46,857 nt of DNA, taken from an uncultured bacterium (GTDB lineage Bacteria > Muiribacteriota > Ozemobacteria > Ozemobacterales > Ozemobacteraceae). The notes beneath the pieces were generated by a model. It was not told the DNA's origin. It saw only the letters and a list, made by a program, of their open reading frames with translations, and ran no database searches. This document shows, piece after piece, positions 25,901 through 30,485 of this stretch. A program made the position numbers and the translations under genes. Location: the NCBI GenBank assembly GCA_964522035.1, contig CAZFUG010000003.1:1-46857 (forward strand). The letters run 5' to 3'. Position 1 is the stretch's first letter. Every line of letters begins with the position of its first letter.

Positions 25901-27946
25901 CGACTGGTCCTTGATCGGCCCGGTAAATTTTGAGGTGAGCTTGCTCAGGCTGAAAATGCACGAAACTATGCTCGACTGAAGGTTTGCCACCGCCTGCGAA
26001 ATTTTTGTGTGGCCCACCGTGCCTTTTGCGGTCGAGCGATTCTGCAGCACAAGGTTATAAGCAGAAAGGTCGATATTGCCCGGAGCATTGATGCTGCTGT
26101 TGACGCTGACTTTTGCCGAAGAGTCGAAATCGGTAAAATTGATTGCAACCCCGGCATAGCTGTCATCACCGGTTTCGACTATGGCCGTAGTGGCCACATC
26201 GCTGCGGTTGGTTGCCTTGCCCTTAACTGCCCGTTTAGCATTCACTGATGCGGAATTGTTAACCTTGATGTCTGAGCGGTTGGTAACCTTGCCGATAACG
26301 ATGCCCGTGGAAATTGCGGCCTTGTCATTTGCAGTTTTCGAAGCGGCCGTGGCATCGAGAGAATTGTCTGAAAGAGCGTTGATCGTTATGTCGCCCGCAG
26401 TTGCATCGCCGGTGGTGCCGGCATTGAGGCTGCCGTCGATGACAACATTGGCGTCGCTGCTTACTTCGGCAAAGACAACCCCGGCGGCAACTCCGCCTGA
26501 AGTCTGTTTGATCTTGGCTATTGAGGTACTCGCACCGACAATGACGTCTGTTTCACTCGACGCTTTGATGTCGATGTTCTTTTTGGAGGTAACAATCGCA
26601 CCCTGTTTGACTTTAACCTCAGCCTTACTGCTTACGACTGCCGTTTGTGCCGAGATGTTTACCGGCGATACCATGCCGACGATCATTATACCCAGATCAG
26701 TCGGGCTTGTTGAGCTTTTATAAACATTGGTCGCAAAAGCCCGCATGTTGATATCATTGTCAGCATTGATTCTTGCAGTTGTATCCACTTCAACAGTGGC
26801 ATTCACCGAAGAAATCGAGTCGGCACCGACAAAGGTTTTAACTTCTTTGTTTTCGCCATATTGAACGATGGTTTCTTTGCCCGAAAGCGTGCCGTTGACG
26901 GCGACGGCCTCGAAACTGGCGTTACGTTTTGCGTTTACCGTGCCCTTAACGGTCACTTTCGCATCCGAGGTGGCTTTAATATATGAACTGAAGCCGTCTG
27001 ACCCCTTTGAGGTCGAAGAGATTCTGCCGACATTGTCAGCAACAGCTACCAGTTCGACGTTTCCGTCTTCGTTCGTGGTCATCGCCAGGCCGGAAACATT
27101 TACGTCGACAAGATCTGTCTGTGAGAAGAATGAGCCGTTCTCGTCCTGTTTCCAGATGTTGCTGGTATTAACCAGGGCGGAAAAATCGGTAACTCCGGTG
27201 TCGATTCTGGCGCCGCTTTCGAGGGTCACATTGCCGGCATGGGCGCTGACGTTGTCAACAGCATTGATTCGGCCGCCAATCACGATCGAGCCATCTGAGT
27301 TGAGCGGAACTCCGTCACCGGAAACAACACCGTTATGATTGACGAATTTACGTGAGGTGATCTGTGCAATCTCGGCAGCGTTGCCATCGATATTGAGACT
27401 GTAATCGCCGCCGACGAATTTATCCATAAATTCGCTGGTCGGGGTCATGGCATAAAACGCGCCGCAGTTAACAACCCCTGAACTACCGAGAACAAGTCCC
27501 TGAGAACTCAGAAAAAAGAGATTTCCGCCGATTTTATGGTCTTTAATGGCATTTACGGTACCATCGATCTCGATTCTCGATTTAACGAAATTGATCAGAT
27601 TGGCAGTGCCATTGGGAAGGTAAAAATTCGCCGTGTCGTTGGTTGCAAGATTGAAGCTGCTGAAAGAGTTGAAAGCATTGGTGCCGGAAATTTTCTGTGA
27701 AACGATGTGATAGTTGTAGTTACCGCTGTTGCCCGGATCGTAATAGACTGTTGTATTACCGGCATCATGAGCCTGGATATCAGTATAAGCAACCTGTCCG
27801 GCAGCAAAGTTGGATGTGGCGAGAAAACCCAGACCGGCAATGCCGGTCGCAATTTTTTTCAAGGTTTTGTCGAAGACACCTGGAGTTGAATTTTTTCTGG
27901 CAAACGATCTTAAAATACGCCTTTTCCAGGTTTTCAGCAGACTCAT
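10904..27946 (-). CDS. tpsA: Giant two-partner-secretion exoprotein (TpsA; filamentous haemagglutinin / LktA-like beta-helical adhesin), 5,680 aa
   Basis: A single 17,043-nt ORF with SD AGGAGA. It starts with an extended signal peptide (~50 aa). A TPS domain follows (...NAFNSFSSFNL..ANFYLPNGTANLINFV...IDGTVNA...GNLFFLSSQGLVLG), which carries the degenerate NPNL/NPNG blocks. After that come thousands of residues of G/A/S/T/N/V-rich beta-helix repeats such as GGSVAINDIDNNTGALVDN. Confidence 0.9.
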   Translation of the reverse strand: MSLLKTWKRRILRSFARKNSTPGVFDKTLKKIATGIAGLGFLATSNFAAGQVAYTDIQAHDAGNTTVYYDPGNSGNYNYHIVSQKISGTNAFNSFSSFNLATNDTANFYLPNGTANLINFVKSRIEIDGTVNAIKDHKIGGNLFFLSSQGLVLGSSGVVNCGAFYAMTPTSEFMDKFVGGDYSLNIDGNAAEIAQITSRKFVNHNGVVSGDGVPLNSDGSIVIGGRINAVDNVSAHAGNVTLESGARIDTGVTDFSALVNTSNIWKQDENGSFFSQTDLVDVNVSGLAMTTNEDGNVELVAVADNVGRISSTSKGSDGFSSYIKATSDAKVTVKGTVNAKRNASFEAVAVNGTLSGKETIVQYGENKEVKTFVGADSISSVNATVEVDTTARINADNDINMRAFATNVYKSSTSPTDLGIMIVGMVSPVNISAQTAVVSSKAEVKVKQGAIVTSKKNIDIKASSETDVIVGASTSIAKIKQTSGGVAAGVVFAEVSSDANVVIDGSLNAGTTGDATAGDITINALSDNSLDATAASKTANDKAAISTGIVIGKVTNRSDIKVNNSASVNAKRAVKGKATNRSDVATTAIVETGDDSYAGVAINFTDFDSSAKVSVNSSINAPGNIDLSAYNLVLQNRSTAKGTVGHTKISQAVANLQSSIVSCIFSLSKLTSKFTGPIKDQSTKFRAAGAIVVNRGSHDAGLTIGSDVKLTSGNDLILKSSSVVQDLFIQADSVARSKMNTADGAKASVSAGIIYSDISQDSTVKVADASYNATTGNGTVLTGKTVDISSEVKVEYNRVKRMIAAIEDAIATLKISVSDSTQLSMINSVETAYQTIKNKFSAVGSEGLSKAENITGFIDALTSLSTMTTALNNLITGENRIVAEAAKIVTSAADFAFYNNFLNTAVSSAVKGANEENTTDIGFAGAVGLTDFKANSNVLIGRNVTIQSVNPATSVSDSIKVAANTDIDMISAAGYLIPSSGSKAMGGTYFSQDFNSSAKVMVPEGVNLIGGSKDISISATSDAKAVVGGFAAAMAGAGIQGMFTHLTGVSDASVNFDNEASVASTKNLKLNALNNTRIINFAGSVMISSSVGVAAGFAINDFVKDSIVLIGDIDKKYQDYLDEKAGIDKATTADSARSRTDAKIAVTGQIDAQAKSKGGFIAAGVAGGITKNDDSGAPGITDKISGKANDAESKVVGTINSISGKFSNITSELSNKTKTSSTGTHTNPSVSLSVAGSGGLNFIDTNTVVDISGMTLDLGGVAGSNLNAIAVNNTDVMAFAGTAGIMYQTATKDTSGKSVGIAGAVGLNMLKNKTEAVIKNSTVNNADDLNVFAVNGGTDVAAALGLQVSKNSGNAAGAFTMGGSVSLNNIDNTVNAELNNTNVTGKSSLKTDVKVAAYESDLQITGGVQVTVGQQKGAFGAAVNVSKIDNNVSAKITGGTFNMVNDVAVAALQAIAQINGAVTAGIVTGTDGTVSLMGAMIYNETNNNLKAEINEANITASGKVSVNARDYFLGENETGFGQILDRADSGVSSFVDTDGGDYYDVDASNEADGELDTSLKDQIKKGSLIVSGAMAISVADTAVGAGLSINDIDNNFSAEIKNSTINAGVGTVETNAKSDTFMVSAAGGVAVSKKNAAAGGSVIWNDISSKVNSGTVNSVITTGNYLSKAGNDSRIIGIAGQVSAGKGPAIGLAFTYNKIVNNSNAFCLATKVTGPGYSVVGSQFLVNAINNGEIMNLALSVPVSNQVGIGGSVAINDIDNNTGALVDNRYVDDAGVTKTVSGISDSNFENFSTIAAESSDIKSISGTLGFGGEASIGGAVAYNEINGKTAAAVNNVTVGGKNVTVKSTNDADIWTLASGCGGAGEVAVQGAAATSEISRTISAGMNNVSETKNDSSIDVVAESTGEINSNATVVSIGKSVGVGAGVVVNRMSDDVTSSLTGGVLAIKDLDIRSKATQTIRTIGVAGAGGAYAGVSGSVAVNVIKNNVSSFIDGNANIVAEDNIGVVAQSDETLLNYSGVVAGGVAGVGAALSVNDIQGNTRAYVENATVQAKGLAGSVSLNNGISDTSMNSGFIDDSTLNVKYTLEKQRAASTKKGLVVDSSATHTLKSFVANAAGGGIAVTGTVNVSRIAGETSARVSNTRINNGVTGGDVSINSGDYANLSGFVGSVGISGGSGVGMTSDSGIVNRTTSAKMDGTITGSTAKDVAVTSEAKTGISAIDAGISLSGLNSVAGTVSVNVLKSNTEAVVNNSNLTVNSLLVKANHWARTSIVDGTASVGGYVGVGGAVGINDIRDKVKAEVTSSNVAMKANGSGKFEVQAINQMTLKTIGAAVAGGMAGLAGNVGLNIIETDVLANVKNSNMTNRATDVTVKADDSLTLDANLGTVAVGAVGAGVSAGVSVLDGKTRAIVDGSKLLAVNSIDITAREVRNVTQNAFTAAAGIGGFAGNVIYISSGNLLINTDEDGASNVRDAVSSAEKVNSGNISESNGALTDAEKLSLNADGGKLTSSEAGRAATAVAVGKIDATVGSTLDSQGTINVKAVEDSNFSVIGGSGAVGMVAAGGSACFIDVNRNVAAKLTNATLVSGKTTDVNAKITGSSDLDMYQGSIGYLGAGTAAYGRIGTGGKVFTELTNSSLTSTGNILISADDTTSATAESYGLTAGMIAAGALITQIDNDTSAAVTLTGNTISSGGSASQVNIKAERAGTLTAKSLGGAAGLFAAGTGIGSTIKDAGSATVTSTGGTYTGKSKISFDATSKPTAVSEAKSAAISGLVSAGVSVAKSELSGTTEVSVSGTNSFNAPEVAFSSTNSGKNTLLAEGLSGGFLTSFGYNLSDAQNNSIVKVLIGDSTFINKATKLALNGTNIVTQNVETRGLNIGGIVASGNNKAKAESNTSTKVELTGNSTSAREVGSIDIKADSSSIHDIAADGNGGGLISVDGLSAYAINKMTTLAEAVISGKWKITDKLNLFAAQNDTVNMSADSMRAALIGYSGTKAENTINSTTKVAIADNSAVDANGNIEFQAKNTIDCNDDGANSASGGGYGGIVVNGAYSDSSITSTTEAKIGKNASLVTNGDIYGEALTDAEIHNRVLTEGAGMVANPLAHSYNTVSFNNKLLTGTNSVLKTVKPGKNINLAASDNLTAVLTADSDMQGGLGGYSEAKTSADISRNNTVDISGDIYSANDARLYTDADARGKTAVYTLTATADAYNKHSAVAVAKATLDSTTNQNNKININSGADINTIRHIALHSGTGKMAMTETASEYTWYSSSTTGGYTSTASGLRSKNLVTGNTVTVNGSLVSGINNYVELKITGLVDLLGLVTGSTTSPTVTSTVSQYAAGVTTGIMDYGNELFTRYQEICGLIAEYAGTVAGAGYLAEKTRLLAEMEKYGLYDPATETVIGGLYIQYLSLPDMVCSGGNVSIDADKVAGTGSIDAKGAPQIVINNDSNLYMKVNDLSIIDYGGELIYNSLSLGNTAKTVFTTLSKVQTSDSSSARIAINENWNGTLNVVEDGVNKTLTPITNIELNGNISNPQGKVVIDNRSGDIVMQGATAETGATITAGEIEMKASEGAISQGFSDGILNIGGTPEEIYKDFATVQETLINGNESTSVSKTSVSNSIDESRQQGTWIAGGSVYLSATNINVNGLIQSGYSEYKMTLSTDAQNKINLFDKNYTGQNITPDMLQAYKLNTGGVKKDSAGKWYFEVQAYYNPQTKQVILEDIDPKGGRVYLTGRIASTGNGKILAFDGSSEINLVNQTSRPITLGKINLGKEAGLISITDLEKNNITEFRRDSTSTRTIGATTSTISGPSAVYTPKTGQYYNWTTGKTVAAVENYYKKVDFRLWGGYTKNETTIHEYESEENLLSSSSGEQNRLPGTYIGTLPKSGTSEYVINYDNDVDYYSSYFDKWITYSNAIKSRGSEHYKWGSTVGKILTFQHSIKADHNINIGFIGSTSGGKVNVSSAGNVNMTGDIAGHAGTSMTISATNGSIQQTGGRLIGDHLNLTAKSGIGSDGAIKHLGVSDNGSLSAVSTTGNINIVSKASSGKQGNLELGKVTTGGDVKLTVDGSISRSSAADALVKGRRIDLVSNNGSIGKTGSALWIQAGQTPAASGDTMSASINAKARNGIYLEQTSGDMRLGRIESETGDVELKVTNGSFDNVLPVVDNSNDRKGDDLVEKWISMGLINADGTDNSAAVKTRVLADYENSVKSEFASFSAQKTFYAANPTVTKTASYNELLKKYGSYSSAAAYLTAKKADASSDYYKIANNTYGWTKDNLLYALQKSIMNPTSGSTGSINRPANVKGKNITLTAVNGGIGKDGTPEELSIANLSSNLDVLKKLAGAEASDITWKEAEGKAIINNKTAIGIEMIDATGGLTATAKNNIYIAAATEDPIYLKNVNAGSSDIRLLGKDGIFNLNSNAASVNVKGKDLIIEGGAVGTTSAIGTTDKAIVTDLSGKLTARAEGYINIFQNSANTLNISALYGGGDVKIRSFKNMGSVNTGITFDDSGYVNALGKLTLVSDSGNIGEDGKGIRLLTDNLDSVDATAGGSIFIKGLTNASSKPALNIGKVKTASTGAFKVVSDTAAVNFSDAVEAGTMDVNTTLVSQDEAKSSIKAGTLNSVTTAGFALDSLNNQISNAAISNNSGSILLKNKSALKLLGITNSSTASTDKLIVNNTANLTFGGAVDAKNIEIAATAVSQDSVSSIKTDNLNVATSDGMNLQSLENQIKKATLSNSKNGNISLGNKIALTLAGITNSSTSTSSMFSVNSTAAVDFAGAVNAKNVSVKALSVSQNEKTSSIVTDKLEAGAEKGFSLDSANNQIAKAAIANKTSGSIYLKNKVNLELLMVDNNSVNAADKVQIVNTGSLAVNGTVRGPKVDFSATSISQGRYGSVITPDLNVTTVNGLSLNNGTNQIAQATLKNTSTGDIELGNSVSLKLMGIDNLSTAANSRFFIGSTSDVTFGAAVNALNVFVKARSVAQDEAASKISATQLSVETTDGMSIDSQLNNISAASLRNKTTGGILFRNKPTLKLLLAENNSADSGAVVIENTGSISLNGNVIGKRIDLKADSITQDEASSVVKAADLLVSAVNGISIDSTNNEIGRADLANATKGNVELKNKTDLILSAVNKSTSVSDKMLVNCAAGLMIERELNALNIDLKALALTQNRGSRIITDNLSAVTQNGMLLSNIDNQIKQASLSNSSTGRIEFGNSVSLKLAGFSSVANTERERDRIQQIGNLEFAGNVSSGYLEVNADTITQNESSSAIKAGTLQVMTREGMSLDSLNNEILTAGIENRRGDTVLKNKTALQLKYVRGGDSLTIGNNGNITALGDIEARMVTINLIGSLNSNYRLTAANDLTVNATGNITARTVRARNVKLTSGVAQSSLALNLAGKSDLNLRLHLEDAEAATDSRVSGSAVNQIAESGGINVHDLLAEEDVYGLTENGDIMLANIGGKRVTLIINNDQGRVNVDQAALGESMNVTAGEFKGGLLEHTETGDNLKLGFTGSNGRYMNDVTIDKITSGKGVQVDNLDSITARINADCDNLQLNSVDLLGLGQFANNQTSVVVTGSENSSSEIKFAGSGVSVTRRAKQRSEMSLTDRVAGIFSSNFAGMGKDVKARDNAGLEGAGSSEDMIDYSAVSSDNAVSGKLASHGNRVFLTDSDEEEREMSADVENETSETEIKD
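12020..14200 (-). repeat. Coding tandem array of about 7.5 diverged ~92-aa repeats in the TpsA C-terminal quarter
   Basis: The unit (L/I)DSxNNQIxxAxLxNxxxGxIxLxNKxxLxLxG...V..A..V.Q(D/N)E.SSI....L......G recurs head to tail. Copies are diverged at both protein and DNA level. Confidence 0.8.
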
Positions 27947-28094
27947 GACAGTTCTCCTTGAGGGTTCAACTTAAATACAACCACACCTGGCAATTTCGGT
28001 TATGAAATTACTGAGTAGACAAAAGCAGGCATCAGAATTCAGATAATCCTGAAAACCCAAATACAAGCGTAATTTTTTTGGTGGCAGACTGGTT

Positions 28095-28110
28095 AGAGGG
28101 ATTTCCCTCT
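28095..28110. promoter_or_regulatory. Perfect palindrome between the response regulator gene and tpsA (candidate regulator site)
   Basis: AGAGGGA-TT-TCCCTCT lies ~150 nt upstream of the tpsA ATG. No U-tract follows it on the transcribed (minus) strand. Confidence 0.35.
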
Positions 28111-28237
28111 CATTTTTCAGATACGCAGCAGTCATCGTCAGCGAAAAGCATATCTGGCATTAGTTCGCCCCTGTTAAAGAAAATTGATTTTCAGCCGGGA
28201 ATTTTTGGCAATCGCAGTCTGCAGCGCTTAAAAAAAC

Positions 28238-28876
28238 TCAACTGGTGCCGTCTTTGTCGAACATATCATTTTTGTATGCAAGAATGGCCTTCTGGCGCAA
28301 CTGTTTGATGCCAGTGACATTAAGCTTATTCATTATTCTCACACAATATGATTCCAGTGTACGAACACTGATGCCGAGCTCACTGGCAATACTGCTGTTG
28401 CTCAGACCACGGCCGAGCAGGCTGTAAATCTGCTTTTGCTGGGCGCTGAGTTCATCTATCGGGTCTGAGTCCGACAATATTTCGACAACCTGCGGGCTGC
28501 GATAGATTTTACCGGCAAGAACGCAATTTATGGCTTCAACCAGAATGGCCGGGGTCTCCCTTTTGGTCACATAGCCGGCGGCGCCGGCCTGAAAAGACTG
28601 GCGAACGACGCTTGCTGTTTCATGCATCGAATAAACGAGCGTCAGGCGGCCCGCTTCCTGCAACCTGCTGATCAGAGCAAGACCACTGCTATCTCCGAGC
28701 GAAAGATCGATAATGAAAAGCCTGAAGCTGTCGAAGTCGGAGTGTGAAAATACGCCGACAGGGTCGGCTGCCTGACCGGCAACTCTGAAGCCGGCAGCGG
28801 TGAGCAGATGCTGCAGACCATCGCGCACCAGAGGATGATCGTCGACAATCATGATTGCAGCATCTTTTGTCTTCAT
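28238..28876 (-). CDS. NarL/FixJ-family response regulator (REC + LuxR-type HTH)
   Basis: 212 aa with IMIVDDHPLVRDGL, the phospho-acceptor context FIIDLSLGD, and the C-terminal LSAQQKQIYSLLGRGLSNSSIASELGISVRTLESYCVRIMNKL. Confidence 0.9.
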   Translation of the reverse strand: MKTKDAAIMIVDDHPLVRDGLQHLLTAAGFRVAGQAADPVGVFSHSDFDSFRLFIIDLSLGDSSGLALISRLQEAGRLTLVYSMHETASVVRQSFQAGAAGYVTKRETPAILVEAINCVLAGKIYRSPQVVEILSDSDPIDELSAQQKQIYSLLGRGLSNSSIASELGISVRTLESYCVRIMNKLNVTGIKQLRQKAILAYKNDMFDKDGTS

Positions 28877-30219
28877 TCAGTATTCTCCATTGCCGGCAAA
28901 CGGCAAACCACCCTGGTGCCGCCCGTCTGACTGCTGTTGATTTCAAGAACGCCGCCAATCAGGCCAGCGCGGTATTTCATGATGTTCAATCCCATTCCCC
29001 GTGAAAAGTCGGCATTATCTGGCATTCCTTTGCCGTTGTCTGCAATTTCGAGCACCAGATCGGCCTTATCTATACAGAGCTTCACAAAAATCTCGGAACA
29101 TCCGGAATGTTTCACTGCGTTTGTCAGCGATTCGCTGGCGATGCGATAAAGATGCATACTTATTGCCGGCGTTGCAACATTAATTTCGTGGTCGGCCTGC
29201 AGTTTACAACCGATGCCATTTCGTTGCCTGACTGCGCGACACAGGTCATGCAATGCCGGAACCAGAGCATCAGCTTCAATATTCACCGGGCAAAGGCCGC
29301 GGGCAACTTCGTAGGCCATTCCGATCGATTTTTCAACGGCACCGCGGATTTTTTCAACCGACCCGAGGTCGGGGGCGGCGGTCGCTTTCATCTGGTATTC
29401 AAGAGCACTGCAGTTAAGAAGGGTTGCCGTCAGATGCTGGCAGAGGCCGTCATGCAGTTCTGCCCCGAGTTTTCGACGTTCCTCTTCACCAATTCTGTTC
29501 AATTCAGCCTCAAGAAGTCTGTTTCTGGTGGTTTCTGCCTCGATGCGGTCACGGGCTGCACGAACCGCATCTACCGTTCTGTCCTGGAGACGGAGAAAAT
29601 GACCGATAAGATAAAGCTGAGGAAATATATTTCCTACCCAGACAGCCACCTGAAACAGCCAGTATCCGGCAGCAATGTTTTCGACATGCATCGACAATGG
29701 AGCGATAACACCTGAAGTTACAAGATAAGTGATTGAACCGAGAATAGAAAAACACAACAGCAGAATATGTCCGGCAAAGCGGTTTCCTCCGATAATCAGA
29801 GCGGTTACCGGCAGAAAAGCGAGAGTGAGGCGCCCGCTTCCAATCAGTTGGGTTGTAAGGAACTGAATTGCCCCGATAACTGCTTTGGCACTGAAAAGAA
29901 TGTAAATTCTGCTGGTAAGAGATATGCCTTTTACCAGCGAAAAGATAACGCACGGCAGATAAATAAAAAGAACAAGGTTGCCTGCCCATTGTGGAATCAG
30001 TTCAAATTGGCCTCTGAAGGCCGCCAGAGTAACCGGCAGGTTGGCGATCAGAGAAGCAAACACAACGATAATCAGCGCTCTTTCGCGCCATGAATGCATT
30101 ACCTCTGATGGATTTTCAACCAGAGCGCTTTCGTTGAATTCAGGAAACAGATTGAACATCGAGAGCAGCGTGTCCAGAAAACTCTGTTTCTGCGAATAGA
30201 CTGGTATTTTTTCTTTCAT
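28873..30219 (-). CDS. Membrane sensor histidine kinase (HisKA_3 / NarX-LiaS type)
   Basis: 448 aa with ~6 N-terminal TM helices and no large periplasmic domain. It has the H-box EERRKLGAELHDGLCQHL and HATPase N/G boxes (...LTNAVKHSG..., ...DNGKGMP..., ..GMGLNIM..). ATGA overlap with the regulator gene. Confidence 0.9.
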   Translation of the reverse strand: MKEKIPVYSQKQSFLDTLLSMFNLFPEFNESALVENPSEVMHSWRERALIIVVFASLIANLPVTLAAFRGQFELIPQWAGNLVLFIYLPCVIFSLVKGISLTSRIYILFSAKAVIGAIQFLTTQLIGSGRLTLAFLPVTALIIGGNRFAGHILLLCFSILGSITYLVTSGVIAPLSMHVENIAAGYWLFQVAVWVGNIFPQLYLIGHFLRLQDRTVDAVRAARDRIEAETTRNRLLEAELNRIGEEERRKLGAELHDGLCQHLTATLLNCSALEYQMKATAAPDLGSVEKIRGAVEKSIGMAYEVARGLCPVNIEADALVPALHDLCRAVRQRNGIGCKLQADHEINVATPAISMHLYRIASESLTNAVKHSGCSEIFVKLCIDKADLVLEIADNGKGMPDNADFSRGMGLNIMKYRAGLIGGVLEINSSQTGGTRVVCRLPAMENTE

Positions 30220-30485
30220 GTCATTTTTGCCGTGCAGACCGGGCCATTAATTTATCCAACTGTATAACACAACAGCTGTGGATGAATAGAATAACTTTGT
30301 TCAAAAAAGCAAACCTGTCTTTTATTGATAACTGTAAATCAATGTAGAATTGCGTATAAGACAAGGTACAGGAAAAAGTCGAGATTTTCACACCAGGATG
30401 GCGGTTATGGCACGGCACAGCAGGAAAGTGCGCGCCATGGCCTTTTTCGTAAGCTTGTTCTGCACAGGATGTGTTTATGCTGGAA

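Noticed and set aside
11094-27948. About forty plus-strand ORFs of 60-180 aa (for example 12483-13025, 13896-14435, 20142-20654, 24093-24590) lying inside tpsA.
   Set aside because: They are antisense shadows of a compositionally biased 17-kb gene. Their translations are low-complexity (P/L/S/T/A-rich), they have no start signals, and the minus-strand ORF is continuous with clear TPS homology.
30324-30343. Reading ATTGAT-N8-ATCAAT as an FNR box.
   Set aside because: The FNR consensus is TTGAT-N4-ATCAA, so the 8-nt spacing does not fit. I kept it only as a generic inverted repeat.
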